Shown here piece by piece: positions 41,167 through 51,005 of a stretch of DNA of 64,000 nt. Every line of letters starts with the position of its first letter. The stretch's first letter is position 1. This DNA is from Candidatus Latescibacterota bacterium. Its GTDB lineage: Bacteria; Krumholzibacteriota; Krumholzibacteriia; WVZY01; JAKEHA01. The notes under the pieces were generated by a model. That model searched no databases, was not told where the DNA came from, and saw nothing but the letters and a program-made list of their open reading frames with translations. The position numbers and the translations under genes were made by a program. The DNA lies in the NCBI GenBank assembly GCA_963707635.1, contig OY970173.1, forward strand, positions 256,001-320,000, in the 5' to 3' direction.

Positions 41167-42602
41167 CGACTCGCCACCTCCAACAGACGCGTCACCGCGT
41201 CCTTTCCTTTGACCGCCGCGACCCGCGTCAGATCCGGCCCGTGGACCGAACCCGTCATCGCGCCGCGAATTGGGAAGTAAAGGTCTTTGCCCTTGAGACC
41301 GGTTTCCTGACCGGTCGCAAGAATCATCTCCTTGAACACCTCCGGCGTGAGCGGCCCGCTGAATTCCTTGAGCCGGCGCGTCATGCCGTTGAGCACACGC
41401 CTGGCCGCGTCGCTCGACAGGAGTGCGCGCGCCTCGTCGTCGGACTCGATGGTGGCATCGAAGATGCGCGCGCGGTGCGGGAAGTCGCTCAACGTATCGA
41501 TGCTGTCCTGCAGAATCGCCACGATCTCGCGCCGCGTCGGGTCGCTGTAGTGCACGCGCAGACCCTCGGGCATGTACGGTTCCACCAGCGCGCACAACGC
41601 GTCGAGTTCGAGCTTGCGGATGTACTGGCCGTTCATCCACAGGAGCTTTTTCTTGTCGTAGACCGCGGCCGCCTTGCCGATGCGCTCGATGCCGAAACTC
41701 TTGATCATCTCCTCGCGCGGCATCACTTCCAGGCTCTGGGGGTGCGACCAGCCGAGCAGGAGCAGATAGTTGAACGCCGCGTCGGGGAGATAGCCCGACG
41801 AGCGCAGGTCCTCCACCGAGCTCGCCCCGTGCCGCTTCGAGAGCTTCGAACGGTCCTCGGCGAGAATGAGCGGCACGTGCGCGAACACCGGGTGGGTGGC
41901 GCCCAGGGCGTCGTAGATCATGATCTGGCGCAGCGTGTTCGACAAGTGTTCCTCGCCGCGGATGACGTGCGAGATCTGCATGCGCGCGTCGTCCACCGCC
42001 GCGGCGAAGTTGTAGGTGGGGAGCCCGTTCGAGCGCAGGATGACCCAGTCGCCCACCATCTCGTGCGGGAGCTCCATGGCGCCGCGCACGGCGTCTTCGA
42101 AACGCACCACGCCGTCGCCGACGCGGAAACGAACCGCCTCCGGGATGCCTTTCGCCCGGCGCGCCGCCACGTCCGCGGCGGACAGGCGGCTGCAGGTGCC
42201 GTCGTAGTGGGACGGCCGGCTCGCCGCGATCGCCTCCTCGCGCTTGAGCTCGAGTTCGTTCTCCGTGCAGAAACACGGGTACGCGAGCTTCGAGCCGACG
42301 AGACGGTCGGTCACCTCCCGGTAGAGCGCGAGTCGCTCCGACTGGCGATAGGGTCCGTGCGGCCCGCCGGCGTCCGGTCCCTCGTCCCAGTGGAGGCCGA
42401 GCCAGCGCAGGTCCTCCAGCAGAGACCGCTCGCTCGCGAGCGTGCTGCGCTCCGCGTCGGTGTCCTCGATGCGCAGGACGAAGGTTCCCCCGTTATGGCG
42501 CGCGAACAGATAGTTGAAAATGGCCGTGCGTGCGCCGCCGACGTGGAGATATCCGGTCGGACTGGGCGCGAAGCGAACTCTCACATTCTTGAGTGTGGTC
42601 AT
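41163..42602 (-). CDS. gltX: Glutamate-tRNA ligase
   Basis: RFAPSPTGYLHVG, LRIEDTD, KLSKRHG. Confidence 0.99.
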   Translation of the reverse strand: MTTLKNVRVRFAPSPTGYLHVGGARTAIFNYLFARHNGGTFVLRIEDTDAERSTLASERSLLEDLRWLGLHWDEGPDAGGPHGPYRQSERLALYREVTDRLVGSKLAYPCFCTENELELKREEAIAASRPSHYDGTCSRLSAADVAARRAKGIPEAVRFRVGDGVVRFEDAVRGAMELPHEMVGDWVILRSNGLPTYNFAAAVDDARMQISHVIRGEEHLSNTLRQIMIYDALGATHPVFAHVPLILAEDRSKLSKRHGASSVEDLRSSGYLPDAAFNYLLLLGWSHPQSLEVMPREEMIKSFGIERIGKAAAVYDKKKLLWMNGQYIRKLELDALCALVEPYMPEGLRVHYSDPTRREIVAILQDSIDTLSDFPHRARIFDATIESDDEARALLSSDAARRVLNGMTRRLKEFSGPLTPEVFKEMILATGQETGLKGKDLYFPIRGAMTGSVHGPDLTRVAAVKGKDAVTRLLEVASR

Positions 42603-42610
42603 CGCAACGA

Positions 42611-43126
42611 CTACAGCGCGCTCTCGCGCCACTCGCCCATGCGGACCGACGACGATTCGAGAGTTGCGATCGCTTCGCACGCGATCGCTTCGCCGCGGCC
42701 GATCGCCCCCTTGCCTTCGAAGGTTGTGGCCTTGACGTTCACCTGTCCCGTCTCGATGCCCAGGTGTTCGGCGATCGCGGCTCTCATGTCACGCTTTCGT
42801 CCGCCGAGATGAACAACGTCGCACAGCACCGTACAGTCGACGTTCACAACCGCGTACCCGTTCTGGCGGACCATCGCGACAACTTGCGAAAGAAATTCGC
42901 TGCCGGGCGCGTTTTTCCACTGCTCGTCGGAGTCGGGAAAATGTTCGCCGATGTCGCCCAACGCCGCCGCCCCCAGGATCGCATCGCATATCGCGTGGCT
43001 CACGACGTCGGCGTCCGAATGCCCGGCGAGCCCCGCCGGCGCGTCGTCGATGAGGACGCAGCCGAGCATCAGCGGGCGATTGGCCGCCACCGCATGCACG
43101 TCGTATCCGATTCCGGTTCGAATCAT
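42611..43126 (-). CDS. ispF: MEcPP synthase
   Basis: GIGYDVH, GHSDADV, VNVKATT. Confidence 0.98.
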   Translation of the reverse strand: MIRTGIGYDVHAVAANRPLMLGCVLIDDAPAGLAGHSDADVVSHAICDAILGAAALGDIGEHFPDSDEQWKNAPGSEFLSQVVAMVRQNGYAVVNVDCTVLCDVVHLGGRKRDMRAAIAEHLGIETGQVNVKATTFEGKGAIGRGEAIACEAIATLESSSVRMGEWRESAL

Positions 43127-43827
43127 GCTGCCACTCCGTTCCGGAGGATCACCTCCGCCAGTCGCAAGTCTTCCGCGAACGTCACCTTGATGTTCGTGCG
43201 CTCACCCGCCACCGTGAACACCGGTTCCTTGAGCGCCAGCACCAGCGAACCGTCGTCGCTCGACTTGAAACCGCGCGCCGCGGCCTCACGGTGCGCGCGC
43301 AGGATCATATCCGCTCGAAACGCCTGCGGCGTCTGCACCCCGGAAACGTACACGCGATCGAGCACGGCGTCCACGCGGCCGTCTTCTTCCCGAATCAACG
43401 TGTCCGTGGACGGCACGGCGGGCACCACCGCGTCGTGGGTGGCGAGCGCGTCGAGCACGCGGTCGCGAAGCGACGCCGATAGACAGGGCCGCGCGGCGTC
43501 GTGGATCAGCACGTGCGTGGTCTCGCGCGGCAGAGCCTTCAGGCCGTTGAACGCGGATTCCTGCCGCGTCTCGCCGCCCGCGACCACGGCGCGCACCTTT
43601 CCGGCTGCCTCCGTGGGGAGCGACGCGCGCATTTCCTTTTCCGTCCCCGCCGCCGTCACCACGATCAGCGCGTCGACGCGCGGCGACTCCGCAAGCACGC
43701 GCGCCGACCACGCGATCATCGCGCGCCCGTTGATGGGTGCAAGCTGCTTGGGCACGCCGCCCTTGAATCGCTCGCCGGTGCCGCCGGCCATGATGAGAGC
43801 GGTGACAACCATCGCGGGAGCCATCAT
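43123..43827 (-). CDS. ispD: MEP cytidylyltransferase (start may be 43812)
   Basis: AGG.G.R...PKQ, IHDAARP, QTPQAF, NIKVT. Confidence 0.97.
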   Translation of the reverse strand: MMAPAMVVTALIMAGGTGERFKGGVPKQLAPINGRAMIAWSARVLAESPRVDALIVVTAAGTEKEMRASLPTEAAGKVRAVVAGGETRQESAFNGLKALPRETTHVLIHDAARPCLSASLRDRVLDALATHDAVVPAVPSTDTLIREEDGRVDAVLDRVYVSGVQTPQAFRADMILRAHREAAARGFKSSDDGSLVLALKEPVFTVAGERTNIKVTFAEDLRLAEVILRNGVAA

Positions 43828-43833
43828 AGCACG

Positions 43834-44730
43834 CTAGAACAGGCTGAACTTCACGTAGCGGCCGGGATTCTTCTGGAGGTCCTGGATCAACGAGTCGAGG
43901 TCCGCGAGCGTCTTCTCCATGCGCAGCACGAAGGTCTCGTCGTTGAGGAGCCGGCCGGCGGACCCTTCGCCCGCGCGGAGCTTGGCGGTGATTTCCCGCA
44001 AATCGCCCGACACCACGGCGATGTTGTCGACCGCGATCTCGACGCGGCCGCCGGTGCGGCCCAGCGCAGCGAACGAGGAGTCGAGACCCGCGTAGTGAGT
44101 GGTGAGCAGGCTGTCCAGCATCGTTGAGGAGCGTTCGAAACGCACGATCGCGCGGTCGAGGCGGCCGCGGTTGCCCTCGGTCATCTCGCGCAGGTTCCGG
44201 CTCGTCGCCGCGAAATCGTCGACCCCCTCGCGCAATTTTCCTTCCGCTCCGAGCGTTTCGGCGATGTCGCGCAGCTGGCTCGTCGTCGCCTTGACATCGT
44301 CCAGCACGCCGCCGGCGGAGCCCATGACCTCCGACAACCCCATCATGAATTCGCCCACGATCGTGTCGCCGGGGGCGATGGCCTGCGGTGACACTCCCTG
44401 GCGGACCGCGACCACCCGTTCCCCCATGATGCCCAGGCTGTTCAGCGCCACGCGCGAGTCGTTCGGGATCGGCACCCCCACGCGAACCCCCATGTCGACG
44501 ACCACCTGGTCGGGTTCGAGGCTAATGGCCTCCACCCGCCCGCGCTCGACGCCGTTGATGTAGACGGGGTCGCCGACGACGAGACCGCCGACTTCGTTGA
44601 AGCGAACGAAGAAGTGATAGCGCTTCTCGGCCACCTGGAATTTCTGGAACCACATCGTGCCGATCACGGCGATCAGCGCCGCCAGCACGACCACGGCGCC
44701 CACACGAATCTCGATGCCGCGGCTGCTCAT
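43834..44730 (-). CDS. mlaD: MlaD/MCE family protein
   Basis: N-terminal TM, GL..G.PV...GV..G.V MCE motif, helical tail. Confidence 0.9.
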   Translation of the reverse strand: MSSRGIEIRVGAVVVLAALIAVIGTMWFQKFQVAEKRYHFFVRFNEVGGLVVGDPVYINGVERGRVEAISLEPDQVVVDMGVRVGVPIPNDSRVALNSLGIMGERVVAVRQGVSPQAIAPGDTIVGEFMMGLSEVMGSAGGVLDDVKATTSQLRDIAETLGAEGKLREGVDDFAATSRNLREMTEGNRGRLDRAIVRFERSSTMLDSLLTTHYAGLDSSFAALGRTGGRVEIAVDNIAVVSGDLREITAKLRAGEGSAGRLLNDETFVLRMEKTLADLDSLIQDLQKNPGRYVKFSLF

Positions 44731-45488
44731 TCGGAGCTCCCGACGGCGATCGGCCCCTCCGCGCGCCCTTCGACGAACTGGCGGACCAGGGCGTGGGTGG
44801 TGCGCTTCACCTCGTCGGGCGTGCCTTCGAAAACGATGACGCCGTCGTGCAGCATGGCCATCCGGTCCGCGACCTTGTAGGCGCTCGCCAGATCGTGGGT
44901 CACGACCACGCTGGTGATCTTGAGTTCGCGGGCCAGTTTGATGATGAGGTTGTTGATCACGTCGGACATGATGGGGTCGAGGCCGGTGGTCGGTTCGTCG
45001 TAGAGCACGCAGTGTGGATTCATCGCGATCGCGCGGGCGAAGCCCACGCGCTTCTTCATGCCGCCCGAGAGCTCCGCGGGGAACTTGTCACCGACCGCGT
45101 CGAGGCCGACCATGTGGAGTTTCTCTCTGCAGATCCGCCGGATCTCTTCGTCTTCGTACTGGGTGTGCTCGCGCATGGCGAGCCCGACGTTCTCTTCGAC
45201 CGACAGCGAGTCGAACAACGCGGCGCCCTGGAACACCATACCAAAGCGCATCCGCAGCTCGAACAGTTTTCCGCGGCTCAATCGGGCCACGTCCACGCCG
45301 TCGACCAGCACGCGGCCGCGGTCCGGCGCCAGCAGGCCGACGATATGCTTGAGGAGCACGCTCTTTCCCGAGCCGCTCTGCCCCATGATGACGATGGTCT
45401 CGCCCGGGCGAATGGTGAGGTTCACTCCGCGCAACACGACCTTGCGCGAGAAGCTTTTCCAGACATCCTGGCATTCGATGGTGATCAT
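44727..45488 (-). CDS. mlaF: MlaF-type ABC transporter ATPase
   Basis: GQSGSGKS, LSGGMKKRV, YDEPTTGLDP. Confidence 0.93.
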   Translation of the reverse strand: MITIECQDVWKSFSRKVVLRGVNLTIRPGETIVIMGQSGSGKSVLLKHIVGLLAPDRGRVLVDGVDVARLSRGKLFELRMRFGMVFQGAALFDSLSVEENVGLAMREHTQYEDEEIRRICREKLHMVGLDAVGDKFPAELSGGMKKRVGFARAIAMNPHCVLYDEPTTGLDPIMSDVINNLIIKLARELKITSVVVTHDLASAYKVADRMAMLHDGVIVFEGTPDEVKRTTHALVRQFVEGRAEGPIAVGSSE

Positions 45489-45529
45489 GCCGGCCGCATT
45501 CTAGCACGCATTGTCCGCCGCAGACAGCA

Positions 45530-45562
45530 GAGGCCCGGGCGGCTGGTTTCCGCCCGGGCCTC
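45530..45562. terminator. 13 bp perfect hairpin after the repeat-protein gene
   Basis: GAGGCCCGGGCGG/CCGCCCGGGCCTC. Confidence 0.6.
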
Positions 45563-45591
45563 ACTCAAACGTCGTGACCGTGCTCGTGTCG

Positions 45592-48027
45592 TCAGCGACG
45601 AATCACCATCTTGCGCGTCTGCGTCTCTCCCGCGGCGGTGACGCGATAGAAGTAGACGCCGCTGGGGAGCGCACGGCCGATCGCGTCGCGCCCGTCGAAT
45701 GGAATCGACTGCCAGCCCGCGCCCGCTCCCTTGATCCTTCCGCCGGCGACGCGCCGACCGGCCACGTCGTAGACGTCGAGGACGATGTCGCTCTGGCGCG
45801 GCAGCCCGACGCGCAGCGTGGTAGCGGCGCTGAACGGGTTGGGGTAGTTCGAGTCCAGCGCGAGACCGGCCAGTTTCGGCGTGCCGTCACCCACGCCGGT
45901 CGGAATCGTCACGCTGGCCTCGTTCGAGGGCGGGCTCTGGTTCGCATGCACGTCGACAGCCGTCACGATGTAGTAGAGGAATCCCGGCGGCGGGCTGATG
46001 TCGACGAGCACCGTGTCCGGCGTCCCGGTGACGAACGAGCCGGGCACCGGCTGCACGCCGGACATTGACGCGCGGTACACGGCGTACTGCTGGAAGTCGG
46101 GCTCGCCCGAGCCCGACGAATTCCAGGTGAGCAGGATGTCCGAGCCGACCCGCTGCGCCATTAGTGTCAGCGACGCCGCCGGCGCGAGGTTGTCGAGAGA
46201 ACGGCCGCTCGCCGGCGCAGAGACCCAGTATTCTTGCGGTGTGAAACCGTGCGCGATGACCTGGAAATAGTGGGGGTCGGGCGTGGTCGCGGTCGAGTCG
46301 AACTGCGTGGGCACCGTCTGCGCGTATCCGTTCAGATAGTACGCATCGACCGTCGACATGAGCTGCCAGTAGTAGGTCTCGCTCGCCGCGCTCTCGACAC
46401 GGATCGCCGCCGTCATGTCCGGGTCGATGGGATCGCCGGGGTGCACCAGCGTCGTGCCGGAGGAAAGAAACACCGCGGCCAGCGACGGGTTGATGGCGCG
46501 CCACACCGTGTAACGATCGATCGTCTGGTACGGCCACGGGTCAAAGCGACTCGCATCCCACGAGAGGTTCACTTCGCCGCCTTGATCGCCGGGAACGTCG
46601 GATGCGCTCACGATGTCCGGAGACGCGTAGCCCCAGTTGTTGAAGCGGTCGAGGCGCTGGGCGTAGACGTGTTGCGTGCCCATGCGGTTGTCCCACCACG
46701 CCACGATCGCGCCGCCGACTCCGTCGCTCGCAATGCGTGGGTCCATTTGGGCGCTGGGGAGCAGGCCCAGCGGCACGCCGTTCGCTGTCCCCTGGGGGGC
46801 GCCCGACGCGTCGATCCGGCGGGCGTACACGTCGCGGGTCGCGCTAAACCGCTGGTCCGACCACGAGACGATGGCGCCGCCCAGTTCGTCGCCCACAATG
46901 TGTGGATCATCCTGTTCGGCGGGCGCCGTGCAGAGCGCGACTCCGGCCGCTGCCCAGAGCAGACCACCCGAGTAGTTGACCCGCTGCGCATAGATGTCGC
47001 CATTGCCACTACGCGTGTCATGCCACGTGATGATGGCTCCGTTCGAGCCGTCACTTACAATCTGTGGAGCGTACTCGCCTCCGTTGCCCGACGTGAGGCT
47101 CACGCCGTTGACCGCCCACTGTGGAGTGCCAGAGTTGGCCAGCCGCTGGGCGAAGGTGTCGGTGAGGCCCGTGCGATTGTCCTCCCAGGTCGCGATCGCG
47201 CCACCGGCGCCGTCGCTTACGATCTCGACGGCAACCTGATTCTGACCCGCACCGCACAGCTGGATTCCGTCGAGGTTCCAGTAGAAATTGCCGTTCGAAT
47301 CGATCCGCTGGGCATAGATGTCGTACTGGGCACCGTTGCGGAAGTCCTCCCACACCACGAACGCCCCACCCGATGCGTCGTCGATCAGTTTGGGCCGGAA
47401 CTGGTTGGACACATTTGTGCACACGGGCTTCCCGTCGCCGAGCCACAGCACGTTACCCGCCGGGTCGACGCGTTGCGCGTAGATGTCCCAATTGCTGAGC
47501 GTCCTTACGTCGTGCCACGTGATGATCACCCCACCCGCACCGTCACTCGTAGCTTGGGGGGCCTGCTGGTTGAGCGTGGCGGTGCATACCGCCACTCCAT
47601 TCAGAGCCCAGATGGCGCTTCCGTTTGCGCCCAACCGTTGCGCGTAAATATCGAAATCGCTGGAACTCCGGAGGTCCTCCCACACCACGACGGCGCCGCC
47701 GGCACCGTCGCTGATCACCCGCGGGTACATTTGGTCTCCGGACAACATACAGACGGGGACGCCGTTCGCCTGCCACACCGGCTGACCCCAGGCGTTGATG
47801 CGCTGGGCCCAGATGTCGTAATCCTGGCCGCTGCGCGTGTCCATCCACACGGCGATCACGCCGCCCTGGCCGTCACTGACGACCTCGGGGTACTGCTGGT
47901 TGTTTTGCGCCATACACACGGGCGCTCCGTTCAAGAGCCACTGCGATGCTTGTGCCGCTGCAAATGCGGCGGCACTCAGCACAAGAACGATGGTGAGGGT
48001 GATCACACTGCGGTGGGTGCGGTCCAT
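45592..48027 (-). CDS. Secreted protein: eight ~55-aa repeats (beta-propeller-like), FN3-like region, C-terminal FlgD-Ig/T9SS-type sorting domain
   Basis: Repeat SDG.GG.I..W.D.R....DIYAQR; tail NYPNPF...YDVAGRRV...LPSGVYFYRV...KMVI. Confidence 0.85.
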   Translation of the reverse strand: MDRTHRSVITLTIVLVLSAAAFAAAQASQWLLNGAPVCMAQNNQQYPEVVSDGQGGVIAVWMDTRSGQDYDIWAQRINAWGQPVWQANGVPVCMLSGDQMYPRVISDGAGGAVVVWEDLRSSSDFDIYAQRLGANGSAIWALNGVAVCTATLNQQAPQATSDGAGGVIITWHDVRTLSNWDIYAQRVDPAGNVLWLGDGKPVCTNVSNQFRPKLIDDASGGAFVVWEDFRNGAQYDIYAQRIDSNGNFYWNLDGIQLCGAGQNQVAVEIVSDGAGGAIATWEDNRTGLTDTFAQRLANSGTPQWAVNGVSLTSGNGGEYAPQIVSDGSNGAIITWHDTRSGNGDIYAQRVNYSGGLLWAAAGVALCTAPAEQDDPHIVGDELGGAIVSWSDQRFSATRDVYARRIDASGAPQGTANGVPLGLLPSAQMDPRIASDGVGGAIVAWWDNRMGTQHVYAQRLDRFNNWGYASPDIVSASDVPGDQGGEVNLSWDASRFDPWPYQTIDRYTVWRAINPSLAAVFLSSGTTLVHPGDPIDPDMTAAIRVESAASETYYWQLMSTVDAYYLNGYAQTVPTQFDSTATTPDPHYFQVIAHGFTPQEYWVSAPASGRSLDNLAPAASLTLMAQRVGSDILLTWNSSGSGEPDFQQYAVYRASMSGVQPVPGSFVTGTPDTVLVDISPPPGFLYYIVTAVDVHANQSPPSNEASVTIPTGVGDGTPKLAGLALDSNYPNPFSAATTLRVGLPRQSDIVLDVYDVAGRRVAGGRIKGAGAGWQSIPFDGRDAIGRALPSGVYFYRVTAAGETQTRKMVIRR

Positions 48028-48084
48028 AATCCACCTCTCTGGCGAAGCCGGGTGGCTCCGGTGGGCGTTCACTGCGAGGTGGTC

Positions 48085-48113
48085 ATTATGCCCCGGCGCG
48101 GCGCGGGCGTCAA
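48085..48113 (-). promoter_or_regulatory. Sigma70-type promoter of the repeat-protein gene
   Basis: TTGACG-17-CATAAT. Confidence 0.55.
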
Positions 48114-48913
48114 TCGCCCTTGTAGAAGATGACGCGGAAGAGGACCGAGGCGAGGAAGTAGTTGGTGATCAGAATGCAAATGCAGCTGCTGACGACGGCG
48201 TGCATGGTCGCCTTCCCGACCCCTTGCGCGCCGCCGTAGGTTCGAAAGCCGTTGTAGCACCCCATCAGGCCGATGATGCCACCGAATGTGGCCGCCTTCA
48301 GGATGCCGCTGATGACGTCGTCTACGTAGAAGAACATCCGTAGTCCCTCGACGAACGTGGCCGTGCTCACGCCGATCGACGCCTGCGCGACCAACATGCC
48401 GCCGAGGATCGCGAGGAGGTCGGAGAAGATCGTGAGCACCGGCAGCATCACCACGCACGCCACCACCCGCGGCATCACCAGGTAACGCATCGGGTCGATG
48501 GCGAGGAGCTCCATCGCGTCGATCTGCTCCGTCACCTTCATGGTGCCGAGCTCCGCCGCGATGGACGCGCTGACGCGTCCGCCCACTACCAGCGCCGTGA
48601 GCACGGGACCGAGCTCGAGGATTACCGACTTCCCGACCACGGTGCCCAGGAAGACCATCGGCACGTAGTCCTGGAACTGATACGCGGCCTGGACGGCGGC
48701 AACCGCGCCCACGAAGATCGAGGTGACGATGACGAGCGGGATGGAACCGATGCCGACGAGCTCCATCTGGATCAGAGTTTGGCGGGCGGTTCGCGGGAGT
48801 TCCTTGAGCCGGGCGAAGATCCCGGCGAGCATGATCGACGATCCGCCCACGTCGCGGAGAAAACTAAGGACCGAGATTCCGACAGCCCGAAACGCGTTTC
48901 GCAGGGTCGACAT
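48110..48913 (-). CDS. mlaE: MlaE-type ABC permease
   Basis: ELGPVLTAL, AELGTMKVTEQIDA, GVG.AT. Confidence 0.95.
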   Translation of the reverse strand: MSTLRNAFRAVGISVLSFLRDVGGSSIMLAGIFARLKELPRTARQTLIQMELVGIGSIPLVIVTSIFVGAVAAVQAAYQFQDYVPMVFLGTVVGKSVILELGPVLTALVVGGRVSASIAAELGTMKVTEQIDAMELLAIDPMRYLVMPRVVACVVMLPVLTIFSDLLAILGGMLVAQASIGVSTATFVEGLRMFFYVDDVISGILKAATFGGIIGLMGCYNGFRTYGGAQGVGKATMHAVVSSCICILITNYFLASVLFRVIFYKGD

Positions 48914-48930
48914 GCGCGTGTCGTTCTCTA

Positions 48931-50298
48931 CTATTCTCCGAATGCCGCCGCCTCGAAGCGCGTGCAGGAATCGATGAAGGTGAGGTTCACCGTACCGGTC
49001 GGGCCGTTGCGCTGCTTGCCGATGATCAGCTCCGCCTTGCCGCGGTTCTCGCTTTCGGGTCCTTCATAAACCTCGGGGCGATAGAGGAACAACACGAGAT
49101 CGCTATCCTGCTCGATCGAGCCCGATTCACGCAGGTCCGACAGCAGCGGCCGCTTGTCGCCGCCGCGCGATTCCACCGCGCGCGAAAGCTGCGAGAGCGC
49201 GATCACCGGGATGTTCAATTCCTTGGCGAGCGCCTTCATGCCGCGCGAGATGAGCGAGATCTGCTGCTGGCGGTTCTCGGTGCGCTCATTGACACTGACC
49301 AGCTGGAGGTAATCGACCATTAGCATGCCGATGTTCGCCTCGGCTTTCAACCGGCGCGCCTTGGCGCGCAGCTCCAGCGTCGAGAGGCCCGGCGAGTCGT
49401 CGATGTAGATCGGCGCCTCGGCCAGGTAGCCCGCCACGATCGCAAGCTCCGCGTACTCGTTCGCCTTCAGATAGCCGCGGCGCAGCTTATTGGAATCGAT
49501 GCGCGCCTCGCTGCACAACAGTCGCGTCACCAGCTGCTCCGCCGACATTTCCAGGCTGAAGATACCCACCGGCGTCTTCTGCCGGATCGCCAGGTGCTGG
49601 CAGAGATTCAGCGCGAACGAGGTCTTCCCCATGCCGGGGCGACCCGCGACGATGATGAGGTCCGATTTCTGGAAGCCCGAGGTCAGCGAGTCGAGATCCT
49701 CGAACGGCGAGGGCATGCCCGAGATGTGGCTCCCGCTCTGGTAGAGTTCCTCGATGTTCTTGAAGTGCTCGCGGAGAATCTTGCCGATCGGCTCGAAGCC
49801 CTTGAACATCCCCTGCTGCGCGATCTCGAAGATATGCTTCTCCGCCTCGTCGAGAATCACGGCGGCCTCGCGCTCGCCCTGGAAGCACTGCGTGCTCACG
49901 TCACTGCAGATCGTGATGAGGCGGCGCATCACGAACTTCTCGAGCACGATGTTGGCGTAGTGCTCCACGTTCGCGGCCGTGTGCACGCTGTCCATGATCT
50001 GGGTCAGATAGGCGGCGCCGCCCGTGGACTGATACGTCCCGCGCTGCTTCATCTCTTCGGAGAGTGTCACGACGTCGATCGCCTCGCCGCGCCCCGCGAG
50101 CCCTTCCATCGCGGCGAAGATGTCCGCGTGCGGCTTTCGATAGAACGCGCCCGACGAGATGCTCTCGGTCGCGATCGAGAAGGAGTTGTTATCGAGCAGC
50201 ACCGCTCCGAGCACGGCCATCTCCGCTTCGACGGACTGCGGCGGCACGCGCCCGGGTGCGGGCGGTTGACTGGATATGGCGCGAACGGCGTCGGTCAC
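48931..50298 (-). CDS. dnaB: Replicative DNA helicase DnaB (no intein)
   Basis: GRPGMGKT, FSLEMS, DYLQL, SDLRESGSIEQD. Confidence 0.99.
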   Translation of the reverse strand: MTDAVRAISSQPPAPGRVPPQSVEAEMAVLGAVLLDNNSFSIATESISSGAFYRKPHADIFAAMEGLAGRGEAIDVVTLSEEMKQRGTYQSTGGAAYLTQIMDSVHTAANVEHYANIVLEKFVMRRLITICSDVSTQCFQGEREAAVILDEAEKHIFEIAQQGMFKGFEPIGKILREHFKNIEELYQSGSHISGMPSPFEDLDSLTSGFQKSDLIIVAGRPGMGKTSFALNLCQHLAIRQKTPVGIFSLEMSAEQLVTRLLCSEARIDSNKLRRGYLKANEYAELAIVAGYLAEAPIYIDDSPGLSTLELRAKARRLKAEANIGMLMVDYLQLVSVNERTENRQQQISLISRGMKALAKELNIPVIALSQLSRAVESRGGDKRPLLSDLRESGSIEQDSDLVLFLYRPEVYEGPESENRGKAELIIGKQRNGPTGTVNLTFIDSCTRFEAAAFGE

Positions 50299-50365
50299 GA
50301 GTTGCCTCCGGCCCGGAGTCTAGCTCACGCGCGCCGGTGAAAGGAAGGGCGAGGGGAACAATTCC

Positions 50366-50396
50366 GGTGGATACGGTGTGGACAGCGTGTGGACAG
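50366..50396 (-). promoter_or_regulatory. Three DnaA-box-like 9-mers at 11 bp spacing upstream of dnaB
   Basis: GGTGGATAC (50366), TGTGGACAG (50377), TGTGGACAG (50388). Confidence 0.55.
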
Positions 50397-50471
50397 GCGT
50401 CCGCCGGGGCGTTACCGCGACGCTGTTTGGCTCGGTGTAACCGTCCCCCGGTCGACGTCGAGGGGCGGCCC

Positions 50472-50933
50472 CTATTTCCGCACGTACGTCCCGTCGAAGA
50501 GCGTCTTCCACTCCTTGCCGTCTTGCGACATCTCCATGCGCGAGATTATGCGTTTCTCCTTCGAGAAATCGTGCGTCATGCGCGCGTGCATCCCGGGGCC
50601 GCCGTGACCGAGCGTCAGAACGTCTCCGTCGAAGGTGCCCTTGAACACTTCGGGTGGGGAGCCCATGCTGTCGAACCAGTGCAGCACGTAGCACGCTTCC
50701 TTCGCGTCATAGGTGTACACCGCGTGTCCCGCGTACGTGATCGCGCCAGCGCGCTCCTGCTCGTAGTCGTAGATCACCGCGAAGCCATCCAGCGCCTGGC
50801 GGGTGTTCATGCGTCCGGTCGCTTTTCCGCCCTTCGGGTCCCATTCCGACGGATGCATTATCTCGTCACCCTGCCACTGGCCGACGAGCTTCTTGAGTTT
50901 GAGGTGTTGATCGGTGGGTTTCGGCATGTCCAT
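50472..50933 (-). CDS. DUF1579 family protein
   Basis: PKP...H..L..LVG.W.G; W.DSMG; AGGAGG RBS. Confidence 0.8.
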   Translation of the reverse strand: MDMPKPTDQHLKLKKLVGQWQGDEIMHPSEWDPKGGKATGRMNTRQALDGFAVIYDYEQERAGAITYAGHAVYTYDAKEACYVLHWFDSMGSPPEVFKGTFDGDVLTLGHGGPGMHARMTHDFSKEKRIISRMEMSQDGKEWKTLFDGTYVRK

Positions 50934-51005
50934 GAGGTTCCTCCTTGCGGTCGCATTTTGACACATCTCACGGGGACTTCAGCAGTCATCGACTGCTCCA
51001 TTTCT

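Noticed and set aside
46640..47940. CRISPR-like or DNA tandem array
   Set aside because: The periodicity is protein-level repeats with diverged synonymous sites.
50299..50471. Replication origin
   Set aside because: Only 3-4 weak boxes, GC-rich, no unwinding element, no dnaA/dnaN nearby.
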